NCBI GenBank assembly: GCA_032718475.1
Contig: JAUCBJ010006724.1
Location: 1-64,000 of the forward strand
Reading direction: 5' to 3'
Source of the DNA: Nemertoderma westbladi
Lineage: Eukaryota > Animalia > Xenacoelomorpha
Length of the DNA stretch: 64,000 nucleotides
The notes under the pieces are model-generated. The model was not told the DNA's origin. It was given only the letters and a program-made list of their open reading frames with translations, and did not search any database. Within the stretch, counting starts at the first letter, position 1; every line of letters begins with the position of its first letter. The translations under genes and the position numbers were made by a program. Positions 44,942-57,223 of the stretch are shown here, piece after piece.

Positions 44942-45845
44942 ACCTTGCGGTACACCACAGATAATCTCTTGTACAGTAGACTGTGATTTGCTAATGACTA
45001 CAGTTTGACCTCTGTCTGACAGGTAGGACTTGAATCAGTCTATAGAACCTACACCCATCAGGCCTAACTTACCAAGCAGAATTTCATGATCTACAGTATC
45101 GAAAGCCTTTTGTAGGTCCAACATTACCATACCAGTATATAAACCCTTTGCGTTATTACATCTAATTGTATCAGTTAAGTTAATAAGGCAGGTGTCTGTA
45201 GAATATGATTTACGAAAACCGGACTGAAGTTCATACTGTAGATCAGATTTAGCCTACTAAGATGTGCTTCCAGCTGTAGAAAAACAGAACGTTCTAGAAT
45301 TTTAGATACAATACTTAAGATACTAACAGGTCTGTAATTACAGGGTTACTTTACTATTCTTTTTATACAGAGGAACAACCTTAGCTAATTTCAGTTCGTC
45401 TGGTACTACATTATCTACGATAGAGTAATTAATAATAAAAGTAATAGGCACTTTAAGTACTTCAGCACCATCCTTAAGAAAACGGGCAGGTATTAGGTCT
45501 AGACCGGTACTTTTTGAGTGAAATGTCCCAATTACCTACATTAAAACAAAAATTCAACAGAGTACGCGATACAATACCAGAGCTAGTGCTTCAAACTTCT
45601 ACCTCCCGAATTGTAAATCCGTTGAATCTGATACTTTCTTTTAAAATTCGGTATTAAAAATTGGAACGCTCTGCCTAATGATATTAAAAACCTAGATAAT
45701 CAACATTCTTTTAAATCTGCTGTTAATCTCACCTCCGTGTGCAATGTAAAAATAAGCTGCGCTTTTGGGTTAATCCATGTTATGTTGGACAATACGGTAC
45801 ATTGTTTGGTGTATTTGTTATTGTTTTTACATAATGTATATATAA
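44942..45845. mobile_element. Two head-to-head L2/Crack fragments: RT middle on minus (44942-45520) and 3' end on plus (45521-45845)
   Basis: Minus strand gives MVMLDLQKAFDTVDH and CGVPQG; the plus part matches 10840-11430 inverted. Confidence 0.75.
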
Positions 45846-45883
45846 AAATCTACTATGCACGTTAAGTAAAAACCTTACCTGTT

Positions 45884-47233
45884 GAAGGCAGGGTTGGGCG
45901 CTACTCCTATCTGCTACCCGAAGGTAGGGGTGGGCGCTACTCCTATCTGCTACCCGAATTTAAGGGTGGGCGCTACTCCTATCTGCTACCCGAATGTAGG
46001 GGTAGGCGCTACTCCTATCTGCTACCCGAAGGTAGGGGTGGGCGCTACTCCTATCTGCTACCCGAAGGTAGGGGTGGGCGCTACTCCTATCTGCTACCCG
46101 AGGATAGGGGCGGGCGCTACTCCTATCTGCTCCCCGAATGTAGGGGTAGGCGCTACTCCTATCTGCTACCCGAAGGTAGGGGTGGGCGCTACTCCTATCT
46201 GCTACCCGAAGGTAGGGGTGGGCGCTACTCCTATCTGCTACCCGAATGTAGGGGTAGGCGCTACTCCTATCTGCTACCCGAAGGTAGGGGTGGGCGCTAC
46301 TCCTATCTGCTACCCGAAGGTAGGGGGTGGGCGCTACTCCTATCTGCTACTCGAAGGTATGGGTGGGTACTACTCCTATCTGCTACCCGAATGTAGGGTA
46401 GGCGCTACTCCTATCTGCTACCCGAAGGTAGGGGTGGGCGCTACTCCCATCTGCTACCCGAAGGTAGGTGTGGGCGCTACTCCTATCTGCTACCCGAAGG
46501 TAGGGGTGGGCGCTACTCCTATCTGCTACCCGAAGGTAGGGGTGGGCGCTACTCCTATCTGCTACCCGAATTTAAGGGTGGGCGCTACTCCTATCTGCTC
46601 CCCGAATGTAGGGGTAGGCGCTACTCCTATCTGCTACCCGAAGATAGGGGCGGGCGCTACTCCTATCTGCTCCCCGAATGTAGGGGTAGGCGCTACTCCT
46701 ATCTGCTACCCGAAGGTAGGGGTGGGCGCTACTCCTATCTGCTACCCGAAGGTAGGGGTGGGCGCTACTCCTATCTGCTACCCGAATTTAAGGGTGGGCG
46801 CTACTCCTATCTGCTACCCGAAGATAGGGGCGGGCGCTACTCCTATCTGCTCCCCGAATGTAGGGGTAGGCGCTACTCCTATCTGCTACCCGAAGGTAGG
46901 GGTGGGCGCTACTCCTATCTGCTACCCGAAGGTAGGGGTGGACGCTACTCCTATCTGCTACCCGAAGGTAGGGGTGGGCGCTACTCCTATCTGCTACCCG
47001 AGGATAGGGGCGGGCGCTACTCCTATCTGCTCCCCGAATGTAGGGGTTGGCGCTACTCCTATCTGCTACCCGAAGGTAGGGGTGGGCGCTACTCCTATCT
47101 GCTACCCGAAGGTAGGGGTGGGCGCTACTCCTATCTGCAACCCGAAGGTAGGGGTGGGCGCTACTCCTATCTGCTACCCGAAGGTAGGGGTGGGTACTAC
47201 TCCTATCTGCTACCCGAAGAGGCAACTCCTATC
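45884..47233. repeat. 36-bp minisatellite (GGCGCTACTCCTATCTGCTACCCGAAGGTAGGGGTG) x ~37
   Basis: Directly visible, with recurrent linked variants. Confidence 0.97.
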
Positions 47234-47640
47234 CCTTTTGACAATTTTTAAACTACAGTATCTAATTAAGGTTTATCATTAACTTAATATGCGGGATACA
47301 GACAACTCTTGTCTGGTGTTGTATCTGTATGGTCACCGAATATTTCTTCGGTAGAAACAGCATTCTATACCAATGGGATGTTTAACCGGAGGATATATTT
47401 AAAACGCGACTCTTATGTTGGTAGTGGAAGACATTAATGTCAATGAGTCCCTGGCACTGGTAATTTTCTTGAAAAATGGTAAGAAATTGAATGTTGTCCC
47501 AATATTTATTAATAACAAGAACAAAAAATTCCAACGAAAAATTTGTTTTGTCGATATTGACAGATCCTATACTGATTCCAACTCAGTAGGCCTATATTGT
47601 CTAGTTTATCCCACGAGCATAATGTAGTACTTACGTTTCT

Positions 47641-48579
47641 CTAAATTCTAATTTTCATCTCAACTTTAATTGCTCTTCTCCATATAAAATGAGAGCCCCA
47701 AGTAATCATTTGAAAATATTTATTTGAAGAATTTTTATATTTTATGTTGTTATCCAGTGTTCTATGTGATCCATATACACCATTGAGATTAGATAAGCGG
47801 CAAACATCAGAACTAGTTGACCACCAGGCACTTTTTCTATATTCAGCACTATTACATCCTGTCCCATCGTAATCATGATCGAATGTTGAAAAGGGGTACC
47901 CAGTGGGAAAACTATCTGGGTAAGTGTAATTGTTGAATCCGTCGTTGCGTAGGAAGTAATCACCTATGTTTCCATGGTACCCAGACAAACGCAAGTCATA
48001 AGTCGGAAATGGACCCAATTGAAACTCTGAATATTCAGCATACCCTGTGAACTCCTCATGGATGTGTTCGTGTTTGAATCGAAATTCTATTCGAAGTGTT
48101 TTAGCTGCTTTTTTAGTAAACCAGCGAATAAATTCTAAGCCAATGAAGAAATCCTCTCGTCTATTTACGTCACCAAATCCTCTGACGTAATCATTGAAAC
48201 CCCGGTAGAAGTCTACCGATCCACTGACTCTTTGTTGGATAACAAACCAATGCTGCCAGGTACCTCCTAGATTTGTCATAATACAAAGTATAGGAATGTA
48301 TGTTCCATTTAAACTAACCCCAGTCGCTCCCTTTAACACTAACTCGGATGATCCATTTAATATCCCCTGTGGTGGATCATGAAGTGAGGTATTATCTGGA
48401 TTGAATCTGTTACATGGGTAGAATGCAGCGAAAGTCTCCCATGTATCATTTATTTGTGATATCATATTAAATTTTAAATCCTCGAATTCATTGTTAAGTT
48501 TAGTTGGAAAACTATTCCTTATTATCGATGAAAACCATTCATTATCGATGTGGCCCACTAATACCTCTTTTTGTGGTTC
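47641..48579 (-). CDS. Fibrinogen-related protein, terminal exon (second FReD domain)
   Basis: Acceptor TTTCTTTATTTCCTAG|GAA at phase 0; WFVIQQRVSGSVDFYR, YVRGFG, FSTFDHD, WW, SNLNGVY, KVEMKIR motifs. Confidence 0.9.
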   Translation of the reverse strand, partial: EPQKEVLVGHIDNEWFSSIIRNSFPTKLNNEFEDLKFNMISQINDTWETFAAFYPCNRFNPDNTSLHDPPQGILNGSSELVLKGATGVSLNGTYIPILCIMTNLGGTWQHWFVIQQRVSGSVDFYRGFNDYVRGFGDVNRREDFFIGLEFIRWFTKKAAKTLRIEFRFKHEHIHEEFTGYAEYSEFQLGPFPTYDLRLSGYHGNIGDYFLRNDGFNNYTYPDSFPTGYPFSTFDHDYDGTGCNSAEYRKSAWWSTSSDVCRLSNLNGVYGSHRTLDNNIKYKNSSNKYFQMITWGSHFIWRRAIKVEMKIRI

Positions 48580-48699
48580 CTAGGAAATAAAGAAATCATA
48601 TAGCACGTTAAATGGAGCCAAATAATTGACCAGAAACTAGTCATTTTTCTCATGAATAATGTATGACTTTAGGACTACACAGACATGACGACATCATAA

Positions 48700-49400
48700 C
48701 TATATAGGGATTATAGTAGGTTATGATGACGTACAATTAATACTACAGCCTCTACAAGGAAAATATATGACAAGATGCTACCTATAGAAACAGGGGACTT
48801 CACACCCGCCGAACTCCAAAGAAGCATTGTCCAAAGCATGTCCAATCACAAAGCTAGTGGATTAGATGAAATCCCTGCTGAGGCATGGAAAACAGGAGTG
48901 CTAAACATACTGTTAGTGGATGTGTGCAACCGGATGCTGAAAGGGGAAACCCTTGATCTTTTACAAGATCTCTCCAGGCACCTGAAGATTAAGTACTTTC
49001 GAGCCACAGTGGAAAGTGTACTTTTATACGGGGTTGAGACCTGGACACTGACGAAATCACTTGAACAACGAATTGCTACACAAGACTACTAAGGGCTGTC
49101 CTAAACATCAGCTGGAGACAACATATGACAAACGCCGAGCTCTATGGTACTATACCACCTGTATCAACCACCCTCCGTGAACGCAGATTAAGATTCAGTG
49201 GGCACTGCTGGCGAAGTAAAGCCGAGGTCATGCCAGATCTACTTTCTGGCAACCAACTCAAGGAAAGCGTAGTCGTGGACGACCGGCTTGAAAGGCATAC
49301 TGAACTTGAGAGAAACGCAATTTCGACAACTATGGAGAATCGGGAAGCCTGGAAGGATCACATTTCCACTGTCCGAGTTCGCTCGACCTAGTAGTAGTAG
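48700..49400 (+). mobile_element. Internally deleted RTE-clade LINE in the FReD gene intron, with (TAG)n tail
   Basis: KASGLDEIPAE is joined directly to FRATVESVLLYG; RERRLRFSGHCWR; TAGTAGTAG tail. Confidence 0.85.
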
Positions 49401-49677
49401 TTGTACAGTAGTATCATAGTAGTTGTACAATACTACATGTAGGCCTATGGGATAGTATTTATTTGCAAAAACAGCCGAAATTAGCTTATAAAATTAGCTT
49501 ACGCTATTAGTTCTCGCTTACTGTTTAGATTATAATAATGTGCCACTGTGACCTGCTCCGTTCCCTTACTTGATAATTAATATATTATCAATTAGCAAGA
49601 TGGCATTCCTGAGAGTACCTATCATCTCCCCATTGTCGCAGAATATCTAAATAACTAAAACTATAATATTTACGTAC

Positions 49678-50859
49678 CTTGATTTTCATTTCAACTTTTC
49701 TGATGGTGATATTATAATAAGGGATGATTTTATTACTAGATCGAACATGTACTTCATCATCGTAAGTGATCTTATCATATGGTGCATTTAAGTTCGTTAG
49801 ACAACTGTATTGACTAAACCACCATCCACTGCCTGAACTCTGGGCGCAGTTTAAATTGGATTTAACATTTTCCCTATCAAATGTTGAAAATGGACGAGAA
49901 GTATTGAAGTCCCTTCGTAAAGCATCAGTGGTTACATCACCTGAGAAATGACCAGATATGGTCATCGAATATGTGTCCGTAGACGTAATCTGGAAACCAT
50001 CGTATGCCACTCCGAAAGAAATATCTTCTTCTATATAAACACCACGCATTCCTGTTCCCCTCATATCAAACCGTAGACGAGCACCACCTTTGGTTATTCT
50101 GCTAATCGTTTCTAAACCTACCCAGAAGCTGCCGTGTGAACCAAAACCCGCTACATAATCATTCCACGTCATGTTAAACGTTTGCCTATCATCAATACGA
50201 CGTTGGATCAACCACCAGGGGCCATCTGGACTGGATGTGTCACAGTGTGGTAGTGCTTTACCTTCCTTTTGTGCTTTAGTGCAATTGTATTTCATCAAGT
50301 AATCTGCTAAAAGACTACGAAGCCTCTGTAAATTACTTGAGTCCTTAGTGAAGTCTTTAGTTATACTATTCCATTTTATAAGCATTTCGTTTTTAAATTC
50401 ATTTAGTTTTAAGCCATTGGTTATTAAATTTTCTACAATTTCAAAGAATTTATCTTTAATCGTGTTGGCAATGTATTTATTATCCATGTTCGGCATGTGA
50501 AAATTTTTGAATTTTCCAAGTATTTTTTGATATAGATTTTCCAATTTAACCCATGCTTTTTTCTCCACTTTATCTATGAGGTTTAGAGCATTATTATTAT
50601 TCCATATATTTCTCCCGGCAGCAGAAATAAATGCGGTCAAAATTAATTTAGTATTATTCCTCGGTGATTTGTTTTCTTGGTCGTCGGAAGGCATTTCATT
50701 AAATCGAAATAGCATTGCGTGTTCTTCTTCAATGTTTAAAACTATATCATCAACTGTGATCCATGCAAAATCATGAAAGTATTGGTATAAATTAAATTTC
50801 AGTCTTTCAATACCCCTGATCATGATATTCTTTATTTCTATTATAGCTTTGTCGCCCTC
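49678..50859 (-). CDS. Fibrinogen-related protein, internal exon (helical region plus first FReD domain)
   Basis: Acceptor TTTTTTTAAG|GAG and donor AAG|GTACGT, both phase 0 (394 codons); WWLIQRR, WNDYVAGFG, FWVGLE, FSTFDREN, GWWF, NLN motifs. Confidence 0.9.
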
Positions 50860-51065
50860 CTTAAAAAAAATATATAAATTACTATTGTATATTAGGAAAC
50901 ACTGACACATTGGAATGTCATACGTAGAATATTGTTTTAGATATTGCGCCGTAGAATAACGTACTACTTTTTTTAGTTTAAACCAAATTTGAATGTTTAT
51001 TATTTATTGATATCACTGAAGACAAGTGTTAATACTTGAAATGGCCATTTTTGTGATGAAATGAA

Positions 51066-51274
51066 AGGCCCATTTATACTCGGCCATACGACAGCCGTAG
51101 GGGTGACCGTACAGTAAGGCATTGTGATATCAGTCCGTCCGTCAGGCGCGGCGGCCGTACGGTATGTTTCGTATGCCGTATGGCAATCGTAAAACGACTG
51201 CAGATGCCGTACTGCCATGGATGAGGCCGTACGATGCCCACACGGCCGCCGTACGACCGAGTATAAATGAGCCT
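51066..51274. mobile_element. PIF/Harbinger-like MITE
   Basis: TIRs AGGCCCATTTATACTCGG / CCGAGTATAAATGAGCCT with a palindromic interior; TSD ambiguous. Confidence 0.7.
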
Positions 51275-51599
51275 TGATTTGTTTTATTTAGAATCGTGGC
51301 TTATACCCTTAAAACACCAAGACAAAGGGTAGCTGTTACAATATCGGATCTAGAACATCCTGCCTAATTTCATAAAACCCATACTCTTGATTCCCTAAAG
51401 CCGGTATATGTTTGATGACAATTGAGTAAAAAAAGTAGAGGGAATTTAGTGATGAAAAAATGCAAAATCGACAAACTGAGAAAAAGGTTGTTTTATTCAG
51501 AGAGACATGAATATTCAGCCATAAATGCTGTTGTTGAAAAGTTATGTTTTGTGGTTGACTGACTATGTTCTACGCATGTCCTTAGATCATCATAATGAT

Positions 51600-52420
51600 G
51601 ATGGGGTGATGATAACTCCACCTACTATACTGGCTCCAGAAGTCGAGGAAATCAAGCCAAGTACTGCACCTAACTGATCTAGACTTTGCTGAAGACTTAT
51701 GAGTGCTCTCAGAATCACTAGAGGGAGCCAAATGATTCTCACTCAGCTCATTAGAACAGGCTGCTTCTAGTGTTGGTCTTTTTGTTAACTCTAAGAAGAC
51801 AAACATTTTGACAGTTAACTTTGAGAGTCCTCAGCAAATCTCTGATCGTTTGAGCATAAGCGCAATTGCTTGAGCATGTGGACTACTTGTTACCTGGGAT
51901 CATGGATCCGGAAATCAGGTGTGGACCTTCGAATACGCAAGGGAAAGGCATGGGCAGCATTATGAATGGGCTTTCCAGGATTTGGAAGTCACCGAGAATT
52001 AATCGAAAACTTAAGGTCCGATTATTTAGAGCAGCAGTAGTTCCAGTACTCCTTTATGGGAGTCCATGCTAGGCTCTAACTGACGAGGACCACCAAGCTC
52101 TGGATGGCACATTCACAAGAATGCTACGCGGGTTCACCAAGTCAAGCATAATGCACACCTAATCAGACACTACAGTAGGCCTATACACTATATAAAACAC
52201 TGGAGGTGTCTCATTAGTCATTGGTTCCCCCAAGCTTGACAGTAGAACAAAGCTGCCTCCGCTTTTCAGGATATTGTTTTCGCCGAGAGGACAAGAGTGC
52301 ACAATCTTGTGCTTTGGCAGCCCCATGGAGAAAATTAGTATGGTAGACAGCCCTTGACTTTCGTAAAACGCCTCCTAAAGGACAATGATGGCCTTGAAGA
52401 TGTGGATAGCCTTTCAAAAA
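51600..52420 (+). pseudogene. Degraded RTE-clade RT 3' fragment
   Basis: LTDLDFAED, VGLFVNSKKT, KLKVRLFRAAVVPVLLYG and LDGTFTRMLR motifs with stops. Confidence 0.75.
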
Positions 52421-52614
52421 CATGGGGATAGGATGTTTGTTGATAATCCGGCATAGCATTACTATTGCACTCAACATTGGGCTTGCCAATTGTGGATTGT
52501 ATGGTGATGACAAAATGTTTTTGTTAAGCCGGCATAGCATCTCAATATGTACCGTTTCAATGCATCAGGCCGAATAAAATAGTAGTAGTATGAAACGCGA
52601 AATTTAATGCTTAC

Positions 52615-52692
52615 AACAATACTTTGAGCTTCCAAGCATAGAGCCAATGTAAGCCAGTAAACTAGAATCACAACAGCTGAACAACATTTCAC
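52615..52692 (-). CDS. Candidate signal-peptide exon of the fibrinogen-related gene
   Basis: KCCSAVVILVYWLTLALCLEAQSIV is followed by a phase-0 GTAAGC donor. No in-frame ATG, so an upstream exon would be needed. Confidence 0.4.
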
Positions 52693-52754
52693 TATTTGTC
52701 AATTGGAGTTACATTAAAATTATATCGTTAATTATTGTTCTAACTAACTTCAAT

Positions 52755-53100
52755 TTAACCCTATTTGGCCCGGGGGGTGCGATTTTAGATTTTTTTTTGT
52801 AATTCATCTGTATCTTTGATTCAGGTTTGTTGGGAAAACCGATATTTAGTGACTTTTCCTAAAATTTAATGGCTTGAATTTGAAAATTAAATAATAATTT
52901 AAACAGACGAGATTTACATGGCTTTGTTAGTTTTCGTGCTGTGGTCCCTTTCTGGCACCCATCTCCAGTATTTTTTGCGCTAAAATTTTCAAAAGTTTTT
53001 ATGGCTCACTAAAATAAATTTATTTGCGTTATATAGCGGTTTTTTTGGACACAGATCACAATTATAGAATTCAAATATAACAATCGAGACAATTTTTGGG
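52755..53100. mobile_element. piggyBac-like left end (TTAA|CCCTATTTGGCCCGG)
   Basis: TTAA-CCCT terminus similar to the end at 4728-4746; extent approximate. Confidence 0.5.
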
Positions 53101-55212
53101 AATTTTTTAATTAGGTAGAATTAATTAGTGTTCTTTATTTTATTTATTTATATTGATTCTCATTTATTATTTTGGTTAGAATATCCTGCCACATAAACCT
53201 GTTATTTTCCCTTAAATTGAAATTAAAATGGAATTTTTGACAATAACCCCACCCCTTGGTGGTTTTATCCGTGGTTTTATCATTCAATACGAATCCCTTT
53301 TAAGTAGCCCAAGTTTGTAATCTTACAAATAATACCTCATGATTTATCCGATAACGTAATGAGCATTCCCCATCTGCTAGAAATCCAATTAGAAAATAAA
53401 GCTGCAGAATAATCTTCATACTAGAACGTAGATTATTATTCTTAACTGGTAAAGAAACTGGTTATGATACCATATATATACTGTAATAAAGAAACACTGA
53501 AAACTCAAGTAATAATAATTAGTAATTATTATAATATATAGTTAAATATATATAGTTAAATGCTGTTATTTGTGCAGTAGGTGACAACTGTTTGGTTCAA
53601 TCCGAGATATACCAATCGTACCGTCGTTTACAGATTAATTAACTTTCAAACTGTACATTGTTATTGTTTTTTTTATAATGTGTATTTATCTATTGTGCCA
53701 GCATATTTTTTTACTATGTTCAATCTTGAATGAATAAAAATAGATTTATTATTATTATTTTAGTAATATGCTTAGGAGATTTAATTATGTTGTGGAATGT
53801 GAATTGTTATGAAATTCAACTCTTATGTACAGTTCAATAGTACTGTACAGTAAGTTATATTATATAGGTTGGCACTGGCGGTCGTAATAAAGCTGCCCAA
53901 CGCCAACACTTGGTATGGCGATAAATCACAAAATAGTGCCAGTACCTACTGTAATAGTACTGCTGTACTCGGTTCGGTTGTAATTTCTAATATGGTGCGA
54001 GCCACGAAAGTAAGCGCGATCTTAGCATACAGGACATACCACTAAATCAATCGCTGTTGTTCTATTGTGTCCAATTTTAAACGTTATAATAACTCAGCCA
54101 AATCTTAATGAAATCTGTCTGGCAAAAGTTTTGAAACTTTCCAAGTTGAATTTCCGTGTGGCCTTCGAGAAGCTAAGATAATAGCAGTTAATTAGTTAAT
54201 AAGTTGATTAGGGTAAAAACAGCTTTTTCAACCTGCCTCTTAAAGGATATTAATTATTTTCTAGTATAAGATTTAAATAATTATACTTAACAATTATACA
54301 GCTGTATTCCGCATACCCCATTCATTATAGTTTTTAATTAGTTCAAGAGATTTGCCTTAAGAAATATGTTTTTAATTGATCTAAACAACTTATTAAAATG
54401 CCCTGTCTCCAGCTACTTCCATAGCTCCCTCATTCCTTGGCATGCTTCCTAGCCCAACCACCTCATCACTACTCAAAGGCAGCATTGTAATGAGCCATAC
54501 TAATAAGCCATGTTATTCTCTTGGTAATTTGTGTTTAGCTTACAAAATGATTGGCCGAGTACTTAATCATGATTCTTTAGAATAACTAGAAAGCCAGCAA
54601 GCTGGCTGGAAGGAGCCCGGGGGAAAAATACTAGCCAAGACTATTACAAAGAACTATGTCAGTCAGCAGTAGTAAACTAAACAATTGTCTAAACTGCAAG
54701 GCGTGAGGCTAGCTGACTCTGTGGCTCGCCCCATATAATACAAAATTCAACTTAGCTACCATTAACAAAAATGTAATATGAAGCAAATAATTTCATTATC
54801 AAGCACGTTTACAAGATATAAGATAAGATTACTGAATATTTATAAAAAATGCCCATAATGCAAAACCAGATAAATAACAACGAATAGAGCCATATAATAA
54901 ATTTAGTTTCCTTCTATATGTATTACCCCGTCAGCTGAATATCTTCTTCCCAGTGAATCCTATGTGAATATAGGTAGGTACTCCTCCTGCTAAGTTAGGC
55001 GGTAAGACAGAGCGGGCTCCTTAAATACATATATAGTAATATACTGTAGGTCAACTATAAAACATTTGCAATCCACAGTGAGTAACAACTGCAATAGGAC
55101 ACAACACACTGCTTTGTGTAACTAAAATTCATTCTCCTGATCCACCACCTAACATAGCAGATTGAGTAACCTTGTTGTAGATTTACCCTTTGGAAGCACT
55201 GGGAGAGCAATC

Positions 55213-56355
55213 TGTAAAAGCTTTTGCGTCATTAACCGGTTATTTTCCCTTAAAGTACTCTGTAGTTGGTTTACCAGGCATAAAAAGGCCGCGTCCTTAC
55301 TGTACTGGTGTTTTAGAGGACATAAAAGTCATTTCTTCTGTATTCGTACTTTAGAGGACATAATCCGCAATCTCGTGACGCGATAAGCTAGATACTCTTG
55401 AAAACAGTGTCGCTACCATGACGACGGCTAACAGCTGATATTGCCATGTCGACATTTCTTTGTTTCTTTGTTATCTCGTGGTTCGGTTGACCAATCAGAG
55501 CGTTTTTTGTCTCTGTGTTGGAGGTGTATACAGAACTCAGTAGTTCAGTGTTATGTTTTTGCCCAGAGCCTAAGAACACCGGCTTTTGGCACCTCCGTGT
55601 TTCAGTCTTTAGTCTTACATTAGTAGGCTTAATTATAGAACGTATATCTGTTATCTACTCACTTATTTACTCACTATCCATAAATTACTAATATTACTGC
55701 TTTTACTGTCGGTTATTCATTATATTGGTTGATGAAATATTATATCGGAATACTGATCAATAGTCAGATACCCCACCTTCTTGATATACTAAAGGTTAGA
55801 GAGACCGGTTACAAATAAACGATTGCGACCTATGTTAAGTGGTTTGAAGTGAATCTAATGCTATTTCATATGCCCGACATAAATTATATGTTGCTCTCTT
55901 TATACGTGACCAAATTTAGTGAAGGTCGGCAGATTAGTGTGCAGTATTGTGCAGCATTGTGTATGAGTGTAATTGATAACAATGCATCTCCTAAAGAATG
56001 CGCCATATACGTAAATCTATAGCCTTTTCGTTGTGTCTAGTTTAAGTCATAACTCTGTTTACATATTTAGAGCGCCACGTCCTAAAAGGAACTGTTAATA
56101 TTTCCCGAAAGTGAATAATATTTGTCAGAGATTATATATCACGATCAGTCGAATAATACAGTAGGCTTACACCATCAATCATTAAGCTCCGAACTCAGTC
56201 TCCCGGGTATATCCAACGGGTGAATGATTGCGCATAGACTGGCTTCGGCTAATGTAGTGTATCAAATACTCGTCATAGGCTAAAGACTATCTATCATCCA
56301 AAAGACATTCTAATTTTGGCAGGTTAAACTGTCAAAGGTCTTAAAAGCGCAAACA
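55213..56355 (+). mobile_element. LTR (1143 bp), interpreted as the 5' LTR of the downstream BEL/Pao element
   Basis: Homologous to 989-2202. Flanks CAATC and ATAAC are not a TSD. Lies upstream of a same-strand gag-pol ORF. Confidence 0.8.
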
Positions 56356-56366
56356 ATAACAGATAT
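56356..56366 (+). promoter_or_regulatory. Candidate self-complementary primer binding site ATAACAGATAT
   Basis: Occupies the PBS position and is the exact reverse complement of ATATCTGTTAT at 55644-55654 in the LTR. Confidence 0.6.
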
Positions 56367-56649
56367 TGCTTCTGGATTGCGGTGTAAGCAATCAAGTCTA
56401 AAGTACCGGTACCGGTTGAAAGGTAACCTGTACTGCTGTAGGCCTGTAGGCCCAACTGCCCGAACCGGTACTTACGGTACAGGTACATCAGTATTATTCG
56501 ATTTTGATAATTATATACCGGTAGGCCTTAATAATTAATCAGGGACGGCCGCCCTGGTTTTTTATTGAGATTTTACTTGTTTCTGTCAAGTTTTATTTAT
56601 TTGTAGGCCAGTATTGAGCAGAAGGCGTGTAAGCCTGCGCAGATTGTAC

Positions 56650-57223
56650 AGATAATTTGTAGGCTTGACTGTTGGCTGACTGTTGATTAGGTCTGAACGG
56701 ATTGCAGTGCATGTAGAGTGTATGTCCGATAAAGAACGGTTAGGAAGTAGGGGCAGCCATAGCTGTAAGGTAAACCCCCATCTAAAGAATAAGTCGTACT
56801 ACTGGGTTAGAACGCATACTACTTAACCATTTCGGAGTCTGCATGTCCTGTGGTTTATTTAGGCTTGATAGTAGTCTGCCATCGTTTAGTCTGTACTTTG
56901 TTTGTGTAGTCTGTACGGGTAGCGTATAATTTTATTTAGATAATTTGTAGGCTGGATAGTTGTCTGGCTGTTGTTGGGTTTGAGGAAATTTCGGTGTGTG
57001 TAGAGCATCTGTCCGATAAAGAACGGTTAGGAAGTAGGGGCAGCCATAGCTGTAAGGTAAATCCCCATCTAAAGAATAAGTCGTACTACTGGGTTAGAAC
57101 GCATACTACTTAATCATTTCGGAGTCTGCATATACCGTAGTTTGTTTAGGCTTGATAGTAGTCTGTCAGTATTTGGTCTGCATTTTGTTTGAGTAGTTTG
57201 TACGCGTAGCGTAATATTTATTG
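56650..57223. repeat. ~288-bp tandem duplication in the long 5' leader of the BEL element
   Basis: Copies start at 56650 and 56938; the central ~120 bp is nearly identical. Confidence 0.9.

Noticed and set aside
45882-47282. 466-aa ORF (GATPICYPKVGV)n as a protein-coding gene
   Set aside because: By-product of a 36-bp repeat with a stop-free frame; TTG start, internal frame slips and no unique domain.
55213-56355. Solo LTR interpretation
   Set aside because: Flanks CAATC and ATAAC do not form a TSD, and a same-strand gag-pol follows; not fully excluded.
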